DNA of 48,278 nucleotides from Octopus bimaculoides (lineage: Eukaryota), in the NCBI RefSeq assembly GCF_001194135.2, contig NC_068993.1, positions 35,689,888 to 35,738,165 of the forward strand. Direction: 5' to 3'. How positions within the stretch are numbered: the first letter of the stretch is position 1; every line of letters starts with the position of its first letter. Shown here piece by piece: positions 12,378 to 24,354 of the stretch. The translations under genes and the position numbers were made by a program. The notes beneath the pieces are model-generated. The model made no database searches. It was not told the origin of the DNA and saw nothing but the letters and a program-made list of their open reading frames with translations.

Positions 12378-13356
12378 TATATGTATTTATACTCATATAC
12401 ACACATTCAAACACATGTGTATAGATGTGTTCGTGCGTGTAATTATGTATATATGTATTCTTGCGTGCATGTGTACATCTGTGTGTGTTTAGTTTGTGCT
12501 TTCATAATGTTGATTCCCCATGTTCAACAAACATTGTTTATTCCTATCTGAGATTATGGAAAATGAGAAGTGAGACTATATTTCACAAATAACTATTTGG
12601 AATCGGAATGAGGTCAGCGTCCGTCAAACTGTGTAGTCAATCGATTTGGTTTTTAATTTCTTTTGCCTAACAAACTTGCAAACCAGCAATATTTTGTCCC
12701 AGTAGCAGCAGCGTGTGTAACGAAATTTATCTCCTTCTTTTGTGGGTAAAGGATGAAAAACATACACAATGCTATCAAGTTCACTAATCGTGGTATATCT
12801 TTTCCCAATCTCCAATACCTTCAGCTAATATAGTCAACAAATATGGACATCCTGATTTTTATGAAACCAATTTATTTCAGACTCAAATTTCCATTCAAGA
12901 TCGACAGAAAATAACTATTGTTTTCAAACTGATAACAAATGTTTCTTTTCCGTTTTGTTACCGTTTTTTTCTCAACCTCCTTCAGCCTTATGTCCTTTTA
13001 TATTCATTATACTTTCCCTTTATTTTCCGCACGACTATTCATTTTTTTCTTTCTGTGGTTTGTCTTGTCTTAGTTTTATTTTCTGTAATCATGCTTTAAT
13101 ACTGTGTATTCTTCGTTCTACGCCTTTATTGTCGGTACATTGTAGTTGTTACAGACATAACCGAGTCATCGAGAGGTTCGATTTGCATTCCTGACGTCTT
13201 GGTTGCATCCTAGTGCGTGGCACCATTTGAATGTCGAACGAGACTTGTGAGTGAAACTGAGTTAAAAGAAGGAAGCTTTATGGAAGACCTAGAATTAGAT
13301 TTATCACAGTATTACGTTGATTCTGACAGAGGATGGTATTAACAGTGCATATAAAA

Positions 13357-13570
13357 CCACGAGCTAGCGGAATAGTTAGCGCGTCGGACAAAATTCTTAA
13401 CGGCATGTCTTCTGGCTCTTTACATTTTGCGATCAAATTCCGCCGAGGTCGACTTTAATTTTCATTCTTTCAGCGTCGATGATATAAGTACCAGTTGACA
13501 ACTGACGTCAATATAATCAGCTCACCTCTCCCCTAATATTGCTGGACTTATACCAAAGTTTAAAAACATT
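13357..13570 (+). mobile_element. Family A SINE
   Basis: GAGCTAGCGGAATAGTTAGC head, CAAATTCCGCCGAGGTCGACTTT and TAAGTACCAGTTG blocks. Confidence 0.8.
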
Positions 13571-14324
13571 AACAGTGCTTACAGTTGCGGAATATTGTTC
13601 AAATTACCCTAAAATATAATGTGTATTACAGAAGAATTATGAATTAACACAGAAATATTCTGGTCTATCTAAATTTTATGTTTTAAGTTCGAATGCTAAG
13701 GTAGCTATGCCACTTTGAGGAATATTTAAATTAGACTATTCTCTTCGGAAATTCTATACCATTGTATAGAGAGGGGAGGGGGACTTGAGCGGGAAGATAA
13801 GGGGAGGGAGATGGAGAGAGGAGAAGGAAAGGAAAGGGGAGTGAAAGGTGGTGTTGAGGGAAATGCGTAATTTTTTTGGAAATAAGATTTTCCTCCGTTA
13901 CTTAGCCCGTCTATAACGCTTTCACGTGGTTAGTTGAGTGTAAAGGTGAAGAGCGAAAGAAAAAGGACAGAGAAAAAGAGAGTAAGGCGAAGAGGGAGAG
14001 TGGTGCGTATTAAGCCTATAAAATTGTGCATACAACATATAAAGTGTATATATAAGGTGCATTAATTAATCAACGTATTCCAATTCCCTTCACTTTTCAA
14101 TGCATAGCAGATGAGCGACTACCTATTGATAGAAACACAACACAGGTTGTTTCAGGTTTTTTGGATGAAGTTTTCAGAAATAACCCAGTAAGTTTACCAT
14201 TAATTCCGTGAAATATTCACGGGTCCCACTACTATAACATATTCTACAGCATTGTACCATGTTATACTATATTTATACATATCTATATAATACACACAGA
14301 CGCACACACACACAAACACACGCG

Positions 14325-14399
<75 letters not shown>

Positions 14400-14479
14400 G
14401 AGCGTAGATAGAGATAGAGAGACATGCATACGCTTCAGCAATCGTAATACATACACCTCAGTAATGTAATTACAACGTG

Positions 14480-14640
14480 CTTTTGACGATTTCTTTTCCT
14501 TCTTTGAGCATTTTTACGCTTTCTCCTTCCGATGAAGAGTAATGCTCGAAACGTCAAACTCTCTCTTGTTACCGAGTGTCAACCTAATACATTCCTTGTG
14601 CACGGTCTCTAGTAGTCCCTTCATTTTATTCGTTTATTTG
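14480..14640 (+). mobile_element. Penelope-type terminal module with hammerhead-like motif
   Basis: CCGATGAAGAGTAATGCTCGAAACGTC followed by CCGAGTGTCAACCTAATACA; homologous to the reverse strand of 24355-24460 and 29905-30040. Confidence 0.7.
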
Positions 14641-14869
14641 AATTGACTACATACACACACACACATATATGTACATATATATGTATGTATGTATGAATGT
14701 ATCTATGTATGTGTGTATGTATGTATGTATGTATGTATGTATGTATTTATATATATATACACATAGTAATATGCAGGTAGAATTAATGATATATATGAAT
14801 ACATGTTTGTATATTTAAGAGAGATAGAGATTCAGTGAAATGGGGAACAATAAGGAAAATACTTGCGAT

Positions 14870-14966
14870 GTGTTTGTGTGTGCAGTAATGTGTGAGTGTG
14901 TGTGTGTGTGTGCATGTATGTGTTTGTTTGTTTGTGTGTGTGTGTGTGCGTTTGTGTGTGTGTGTA

Positions 14967-15028
<62 letters not shown>

Positions 15029-15030
15029 TG
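14870..15030. repeat. (GT)n-based microsatellite
   Basis: Directly visible. Confidence 0.95.
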
Positions 15031-15744
15031 TTTGATAGTGCGTGCTTGTGTATATGTTTATATCAACTGCTGATTGCAATCATTTCTGTATATAGACTGA
15101 CACCAATTCTACATTTTAAAGCAAGAGAAATATACATAGAATATGTTATTTATTCAAAAGCATCTAGTCGACACTTTTGTATTGAAATACAAATGAAAAA
15201 ACCTTTTGTACAGTGTTGGCATTGTGCATCTTTAGAATTCTTCTCAACTATAAATTTTATCATACATCGACCATACAAAAGATAAGGAACAACAAGACAA
15301 AAATTGTAAAATAAAATAAAACTTATGAATTTTCTACGAAGATGCCTGGTGTATTGTGTGGAAGTATGCTTATTCCATTGTCGTGGTGTGTGATTGTAGA
15401 GCGTCGTAGCATGTGAAAACGGATTGCTTCAGTAGGTTTGTGACAGTGCGTTGCCGTGATCTGCTTTCTAATAATACTATAATATACGTATTCAAACAAG
15501 GTAAAATATATTTTATTATAAATATATGAATTCTACTGGATGCGCATGCTGGTACATAAACTACCGTACAAACACACATACATAACTTTTAAGCATGCAT
15601 ACATACATACATACATACGTACGTGCATACATACATACGTACGTACGTACGTATATGCATACACACATACATACATGCATATATATATATATATATATAT
15701 ACATACATACACTCTCCTTCCTTCACTCTCCCTTATATATATAT

Positions 15745-16082
15745 NNNNNNNNNNNNNNNNNNNNNNNNNNNNNNNNNNNNNNNNNNNNNNNNNNNNNNNN
15801 NNNNNNNNNNNNNNNNNNNNNNNNNNNNNNNNNNNNNNNNNNNNNNNNNNNNNNNNNNNNNNNNNNNNNNNNNNNNNNNNNNNNNNNNNNNNNNNNNNNN
15901 NNNNNNNNNNNNNNNNNNNNNNNNNNNNNNNNNNNNNNNNNNNNNNNNNNNNNNNNNNNNNNNNNNNNNNNNNNNNNNNNNNNNNNNNNNNNNNNNNNNN
16001 NNNNNNNNNNNNNNNNNNNNNNNNNNNNNNNNNNNNNNNNNNNNNNNNNNNNNNNNNNNNNNNNNNNNNNNNNNNNNNNNNN
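15745..16082. other. Assembly gap (N) within (TA)n
   Basis: Run of N. Confidence 1.
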
Positions 16083-16132
<50 letters not shown>

Positions 16133-16299
16133 CAGTACTTATTTGAAAAACGTTGAACCTGAATTGCATAAATTTGAGAAGAACCGGCCTGCGGGTGCTC
16201 CTCTCCTGTTAATAAGTACATTTAGCAATAATTCTATCAGATGACGTGAATATAGACAAATGTACTGAATGAAACAAATCCGGAAATCAATCATTTTAA

Positions 16300-17910
16300 C
16301 TAGCTAGAGCTTCTAAATATACGATGTTTTGAGTGTGTTCTCTAATTGGTGTATAAATGAAAAGATTTTGGGGACTTCCAACTCGTAAACATTCTACATG
16401 CAATTGCCCATGACAAAAGTAAGGTGAAATCCAATAACCTTGAGAGATTGTCTTTGAGATTTAGTCACAGAGCGAAGCTTAGTTTCACCGAGAACTGGAA
16501 CCGTTTAAATTCAAACAGGTGGTTATATGGGATTAACGAGATCCATAGAATGTAGACATCATTACCTTTATAGTTCCCGGTCATAATTGTTGCCTCTAGG
16601 ACATCGGATCACATTGCTTTCACCACCAGTCTGGTGCCATAGCACAGACCAGGTGGATCCAGATTCCTGAGCAGCATGATTCGGGTCCCCCTTTTAAGCA
16701 GTAAGTGGTGAGGTGGAAAAACTACAGCCTTGTCTTGGTCAATGACAGTGTCGATGGATTTGAAAGACTGTTCTTGTGCTGGCGGCATCTGCAAGAGATC
16801 CCAGTTGGTTTTGTCGACAGTATCATTACGTGGGGCTAAGATGGCTCACTGACAGAGTCATTGACTGTTGCTAAAGTTTTGTGCAATGTTTGGGGCACAT
16901 GCGTTATGAGATCATTAACAGTTGGTACCATCTCACTACAGGGTAGCCAGTGTTGCTATATATGGTTGACATACGGTAGTAGCCCATTCCCTATCTTCGG
17001 AAGCTGCCAGCCCGGCAGTTTGACCACCAAATAATTGGGCCCTCATGTTAACTCTCAGGTGCAGTTTAGTCAGTTGCTTCCACAGATAGGATTGCTTGAG
17101 ACAGACCTGTAGTTTATCTGATTTTGTACATTTTGGGATCACAGGAAGGGTTTGTCTGAAATCCCCAGCCAAAGCTACAGTGACCCCCACCTATAAGAAT
17201 GTCCTTTCCTCTCAAATCTCTTAGGATACGGTCACCAGCCTCAAGTGCTCCACGGTGAGACATAGTGCATTCATCCCAGACAAGACCTTGACCTTTGCTG
17301 ATGTCTTAGAAATGTTGTAAATCGGAGTCTCTGTCCTAACTAAATTCAAGGGAACTTTGAAAGTAGAATGAGCTGTTCGTCTACCTATCATGAGTGTAGC
17401 TGCTATTCCAGAATACGTTACCGTCAATGCAATGCACCCATGTAGACGGACTTTTGTTAACAAAAGATTGATCAAAAACCTTTTTCCATTACCCCACAGG
17501 AGCATCCAAAAAGAACAGGTCTCTCTTTTCCTCCTGAGTCAATGGAATGTCAAATACTCATAGAGAATGTTCATGTTATAGGATGATGGTCTTTTCTGGG
17601 CTGTTCTCTTATTGGATATGGCAAGCCATACTCCTGCAAAGGGTTTCTTCCAAGCGGAAGAACTTTGTCTTGAAGAAGAAGTAGAGCCTCATTCTTGATG
17701 TTCACAGTCAGCTGAATTTCGAGACCTTTATCTTGCCTCTGCAATCTATTGACAATGTCTTCACAGAAGGATTCATAGTGATTCTCCAAAAGCTGGTGAG
17801 GGTTAGAGATATCACAAGCCTGAAGCATAATGGTGAAGAGATTTCGCAACTGAAATGCAGAGCAGAAAACAAGTGCCTCATTCAGAATCGCATTTCAGTG
17901 ACTGTCTTCT
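16300..17910 (-). mobile_element. Helitron RepHel fragment (Pif1-family helicase half), decayed
   Basis: Minus frames read QLRNLFTIMLQACDISNPHQL (linker), FLDAP.G.GK.FLINLLL (frameshifted Walker A), SGIAATLMIGRRTAHSTFKVP, LAGDFRQTLPVIP, NMRAQL, IMLLRNLDPPGLCYGTRLVV, LEATIMTG and FEFKRFQFSVKLSFA. No Rep domain is seen. Confidence 0.93.
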
Positions 17911-18040
17911 CACACACACACTCACATAACTATATATCTTACACAAATAGAAATCGGGAGAATATATAAAAAAAAAAATGAAAGTATCTTTAGAATTTTT
18001 TTTATCTGAAATCGTCACAACTGTAATGGTGTATACATAT

Positions 18041-18113
<73 letters not shown>

Positions 18114-18659
18114 GCTGGTTACTTAACTGGTTACTATGTTAACATTGACAAAACAGTTGAGTGAAAGTGTTAAGTCGAGGTGCGCCGAGAATAATCACAT
18201 ATTGAACTATCAAGTGTTGATAAGGTGACTTGTTCCAAAAATGTCCGAAGTATGTATTGGAAAATCAATGTACAATATACAATACCTCATTCAATTAATT
18301 GATAAAAAGGCGTCTATCTCCATATGAATTTTTTTTCTGACGAGAAAGTACCTTTAGAAATTCGTATTTTATCAGAAATCATCACACCTCTAATGATGTA
18401 TACGTACGTGTGAGGGTAAATATCTGGTTACTTAGATACTACGTGATGATGCCAAATACAGGAAGACGAAAATTAGTTACTACGTCAGGACGCCAAACAA
18501 CAAGAACTTGACTTTAACAAAACGATTTTAATAAGTGAATATTTATATATAAAGCAATATTATTTATTTTTAATAAAAAATAAATCAAGACCGTATTATT
18601 CAGATTGATCCAGAGGTTTGAGCGTGCATAAAGTACACACACAGACAACGTATTATATA

Positions 18660-18957
18660 NNNNNNNNNNNNNNNNNNNNNNNNNNNNNNNNNNNNNNNNN
18701 NNNNNNNNNNNNNNNNNNNNNNNNNNNNNNNNNNNNNNNNNNNNNNNNNNNNNNNNNNNNNNNNNNNNNNNNNNNNNNNNNNNNNNNNNNNNNNNNNNNN
18801 NNNNNNNNNNNNNNNNNNNNNNNNNNNNNNNNNNNNNNNNNNNNNNNNNNNNNNNNNNNNNNNNNNNNNNNNNNNNNNNNNNNNNNNNNNNNNNNNNNNN
18901 NNNNNNNNNNNNNNNNNNNNNNNNNNNNNNNNNNNNNNNNNNNNNNNNNNNNNNNNN
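18660..18957. other. Assembly gap (N)
   Basis: Run of N. Confidence 1.
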
Positions 18958-21729
18958 GAATGGTATAAAAATATTTTTAATCAATTGAAATTATAGAATT
19001 AATAAGAAGAATCCGCTTTAGCGTTAATATATACTCATCTCAAAATTAGAAGGGGAGGGAACTTCGGCGTTCCATTTGAAAAATATATTATTTTCACACA
19101 AAATCTATACATTCTTCAAGAAAGTTTAGTAGCATGCTGATGAACAGCCTATACAGGCAGAGAGAGGTTGAGGAATGTCGTTATCGGCAAATATATACAT
19201 AGCTATTTAGACAAGGAGACACAACTATCCCGACACACAAGCGCACATATATAATACTTTTAATGATGCATAGAGATACACCAGCAGACAGACAGTATGT
19301 TTCCGACATACACACACACATATATATATATATACATATATATATATATGCAGGATTGTATAAAGAGAAAATGTAAGATTTAAATTAGATCTTTTACATC
19401 AAAAGGTTTTCTGCACGACCTACTTTTTAAGCAGTTTTACGCTTTTAGCTACACTAAGAACTATATGCTATTATAGTTGTTCTTTATAGATGGAAATCTA
19501 TAAAGTACTGACATAATAGCATGCATTACTTTGTATGGCTAGAATGTGAAGTAAACCTTTTAATAAACATGAAATGTTAGTGCCCCAGCTCGATTAGACG
19601 TACGTAAATTACTGCTTTTGGTATTTGTTGTTATTGCCTCGAAAGTCAATAATTTTTATTAATTCACATCCATTGATTATTGTTAAAGAAAAGAGTTACC
19701 TATTTGTATAAATTACCTCCTTCTCGAATAGATTCTTCTAATTATCATGAATAATTAATTCTAGTTTACTATTTATTATTAGGGTCCTTATTTACCACAC
19801 TAATTAGCATTCGACTCTATTCAAAGTTAATTGATCTGTAAAGCTTATTATGATACGTAACCAATTGATAGAACTGTTTTCATAATACATATGCTGTGGA
19901 GGTCATTACTGTATTAAAGGAGGTAATTAACTATGAAAAAACACTGCAGAGAAAATAAATTAATGAACGGCGATTATGAAAGATATATGTAGCCCTGATA
20001 AAAAGGAATTCGTGAAATGAAATACAGAGATAGAGAGACGTGCAAATGTTAATATGTGTGGGTATGCATATGTCAGATATTTCAGTTAAAAATCCAAGAA
20101 GACCAGCTGTCAATAAAGTGCTCAATACCAGTTAAGATTCTTGAGTCTCCATCTTTTTCTCTTGTTGCTTCATTTTTATTTTGTTCTGTTTTTCATTTAC
20201 CAATCGATTTCTGCCAGGATTGATTGCACAGAGAAATAGAAATTGAGAGGAACTGAAAAATCAACGTTATTACAAAATTTTTCCACGCAGAATTAATTGC
20301 ATACAGAATTAAGAATTTCTACTCTTCTTCAATACTCGTGAAACTTCGCAGCCGCTCAAGAATGTGTATTAACGAAGACAAATGAACAATTTGAAATTAT
20401 AGATACATTCTGCAACAGTGACGACATCTTCATGTTTACAATTAGGTTTTGCAAGTAATTCTTAGTTTCATCGAGGATCTCTATATGAAATGTCTTTCTT
20501 GGGTTTGTTTGAGCATTTGAGCAGGCGTTGACAGTAAACATTAATAAGACGTGTGTATCTGGTTTATACAGCATTAAGCTTCCCTTTGATCGCTGTGCCT
20601 CTTAATATATCACTGGTACTTTTGGAACTCTAAGGTGATACATATTAGTATTTCAGTTTTCTCCATGGAGTAAATGGAGTTATTTTATATTCTAGAAGAG
20701 AGCAACAAATTGTAATTATTACCTGTTGAAACAAGCGACTAAGCCATCAGAAAAACTAAGATAAAATAATTTCACTTGACGTTTGAGACTAACTAAATAT
20801 CGGCCACCATCAACACACGTAATAAATAGAACGAAAGTCGCCACTTGTGGATGACAGTTGTTAAAATGCCTTCGATGGGACACAGGCATAAGAAATGCAA
20901 TTATTCAAAGCCAAAGGAACACTATAAAGAAATTTAATGTATGGCTGTAAGTGAAAGAACTAAATACGGGAGACAATAAACGGCGTAGCTGAAGAGTAGA
21001 GAAAACTAGAGCATGGCACTACAAGAGAGATCAAAAGCTGCTGGTAGCTAAACTCACAGCCTCATACGGGTATATAATGATGTAAACGCAAGTACACGTG
21101 TGTGTACGCGCGCGCTTGAAAGCATTTGTCCATGTATGAATGCATATGTGCATTTATGTTGACACCTATAAACAGAGAACCGTGTGAATTCCTCGACGGT
21201 TCTACTGATTGATACCGTCATCTTCACAAGCACAGTATTCTTCTGTTACTAGAATCACCAGAGTCACTACCATCGTCACCATCATCAATATCAACATCGT
21301 CGTCTTCACCATCAGAAATATCTCCTTCAATATCTCCACTTTCACCTTTCATTTCACTGTTAGACACTCTAATAACCACTGCCACCGCTTCCATCTCCAT
21401 AATTATCTTTATCCTCAGCATCATCATCTTCATCACAACAACTACTGCTCTACTATCGGCCCTATCTCAAAACACCAGCGACACAAAACTCGTTCCCCAT
21501 TAACAACCCTGGCTATAGTAGTCTGGTTATCTGTGCTCTCTCTTGCATATTTCTCTTTCGATATATAATTTACATAACAAAGAATTAGGAAATTTGAAAA
21601 TATATCCCTGACCACAGTATCAGACGAAACAATGCTTATTTTGTTGGACTCTTTCATTTTGATAAAAGACACAAAAAAATACACACACATACGTATGGTT
21701 ACATGAATATATATATATATATATATATA

Positions 21730-22230
21730 NNNNNNNNNNNNNNNNNNNNNNNNNNNNNNNNNNNNNNNNNNNNNNNNNNNNNNNNNNNNNNNNNNNNNNN
21801 NNNNNNNNNNNNNNNNNNNNNNNNNNNNNNNNNNNNNNNNNNNNNNNNNNNNNNNNNNNNNNNNNNNNNNNNNNNNNNNNNNNNNNNNNNNNNNNNNNNN
21901 NNNNNNNNNNNNNNNNNNNNNNNNNNNNNNNNNNNNNNNNNNNNNNNNNNNNNNNNNNNNNNNNNNNNNNNNNNNNNNNNNNNNNNNNNNNNNNNNNNNN
22001 NNNNNNNNNNNNNNNNNNNNNNNNNNNNNNNNNNNNNNNNNNNNNNNNNNNNNNNNNNNNNNNNNNNNNNNNNNNNNNNNNNNNNNNNNNNNNNNNNNNN
22101 NNNNNNNNNNNNNNNNNNNNNNNNNNNNNNNNNNNNNNNNNNNNNNNNNNNNNNNNNNNNNNNNNNNNNNNNNNNNNNNNNNNNNNNNNNNNNNNNNNNN
22201 NNNNNNNNNNNNNNNNNNNNNNNNNNNNNN
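21730..22230. other. Assembly gap (N) within (TA)n
   Basis: Run of N. Confidence 1.
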
Positions 22231-22250
22231 ATATATATATATATATATAT

Positions 22251-22408
22251 ACTACGGGTTTCTTTGAGTTTCTGTCTACCAAATCCACTCACAAGGTTGG
22301 TCCAGAGCTATGGTAGAAGAAACTTCCACAAGATACCACGCAGTGGGACTGAACCCAAAATCATGTGGTTACAAAGCAAGCTTCTTACCACACTACCACG
22401 CCTATGCA
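22251..22408 (-). mobile_element. Family C SINE, 5' half
   Basis: Reverse strand reads GGTAGTGTGGTAAGAAGCTTGC..GGGTTCAGTCCCACTGCGTGG..CCTTGTGAGTGGATTTGGTAGAC; matches 45101-45271. Confidence 0.85.
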
Positions 22409-22959
22409 TATATATATATATATATGTATGTCTATGCATATATGTTTGCATGTATGTGTATAGATGTGTATGTGTGTATGTGTGTGTATTTGTGTTTTGT
22501 AACTAGTAGAAGACGAGTGCAAATGCAGTAAACTACATAAAAAAAAATTCGTTTTCGTTCACTTTCTTTTTCTCATTCTCAGCCTAAACGCCACACCGTT
22601 CCAGCAGATCTCTGAGTGGAGATATTCCGGTCAAGATTAACACGTCTCTTAAAACTTTAGAGATTTTTGTTTGAAAATGAAGGAATTCGAAATGAGTGGG
22701 AGACTAGCTGCTTCATCCAGTGACAATGAGAAAGAAGCACCACCATTGTATTGTAGTTCTCTTAATAGTTTATCTTTCAGTGAACTTAAAACAGTTCAAT
22801 ATCAATAGTGTGGCCCTAGATAAAACAAGTAGACTGATTTATTGTCTCGGTCAAATATATGGAGTCGGAACTGTCCCAACGGTGCAATCGATTTTGAAGC
22901 TATAATCTTGTAGACATATGCTCAAGAATATACAGATATACGGACGTATAAACTGACAT

Positions 22960-23104
22960 ATGTATGTACCACGACACACACATAAACTGACACACACACA
23001 TGAATATGTATACATATATATACATATATATATATGCGTGTGTCTGTGTGTATGTATGTATATATATAGACACACACGCGTATAAACATATATATATACA
23101 TACA

Positions 23105-23166
<62 letters not shown>

Positions 23167-23226
23167 TATATATATATAGAGAGAGAGAGAGTGACAGAGA
23201 AAAGACAAAGGGAGAGGGAGTGAACA

Positions 23227-23285
<59 letters not shown>

Positions 23286-23820
23286 TTCATAAACACATAC
23301 GTATAAGCACATATAGAAGAACGTACGTATATATTTTATACATACACATAAAATATGTATACGCACATATACAGTTCAACAATTTCTACGTACATACGAG
23401 AATGGAGACAACGACATACATGCATACTCACTTCACATAGTCACACAGACTCACACATTTTCTTTTCAATTGTCTTATTATCAGCTGCTCATATACGCAA
23501 AATTATACACATACGCACACACACACACATACACGTATATATATTATACATATACACATACATGTTTATGTTCATGCATATGTATACACATATCAATATG
23601 CACGTATATGTATATGTATATGTATATATAGGTACAAGGATAAATGAATATGCATACATATATACATGCAAACTCATGCATATGCATATATGTGAATGCA
23701 TGTACATACATATGTATGCATAAACACACACACATATAAATATGCATATATGCATACATAGATACATATACACACATACGCACGCAAATATACATACATA
23801 CATTCATACATATGCTCAAC
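22960..23820. repeat. Long compound microsatellite (TA, GA, GATA, degenerate CA/TA/TG)
   Basis: Directly visible; explains the YI/MCV-rich ORFs. Confidence 0.9.
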
Positions 23821-24354
23821 AGTGTGTATCGGATACATTGGAGTGAATCTACATATAGTAGAACTCCATTAAATGTTAAATAAGAATTAAGAATATTCTA
23901 CTGTAAGTTTTTGTAACATTTATCTCATTTCTTCTAATTTACGCCTTGTTGGTGATAAATAGACATTGCGTAATTAATCATGCGTCGCCGACACATCCAA
24001 GTTAGTCTATCCACCACGGTGCTGGCTTAATTCATGACTACTTTGTAAGCGACTAATGTATTTACTAGAGACAGGAAGCTGCCAATATCTTTCCTGAAGT
24101 ACTGTCAAAACAAATGTGAAACGATCCGTCTGATGACTCCTTTTTTCCTGCATCTCGTATATAAATACATGCTTACATACGCACATCTACATGCATATAT
24201 AGATGCATACACACGTACACGTGCATATATGTGTATGTGTGTATCTTAATATATAAAAGACAGTTTGTGTATGTGTGTGTGCGCGCGTGCACGGATGTTC
24301 CTTATGGATTCGAAAACTGAGTTGCTGATTTCGACGCATGAGGTATCACGAGAT

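Noticed and set aside
12624-12815. 63-aa ORF with normal-looking composition
   Set aside because: Short, no recognisable motif, and no supported splice structure.
20352-20454. Candidate + strand exon (CAG|..AQECVLTKTNEQFEIIDTFCNSDDIFMFTIRFC..|GTAATT)
   Set aside because: Splice signals are only moderate, a 103-nt open frame is common by chance, and I do not recognise the peptide. Spliced RNA-seq reads would be needed.
21209-21568. 119-aa His/Thr/Ile-rich ORF and the acidic antisense ORF
   Set aside because: The region is a degenerate (CAT/CAC)n tract. Low stop density is explained by composition, and no domain is recognisable.
22720-22905. ORF containing IYCLGQIYGVG, faintly like ribosomal protein S13 IYGIG
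   Set aside because: The match is only a few residues with no surrounding similarity; treated as chance.
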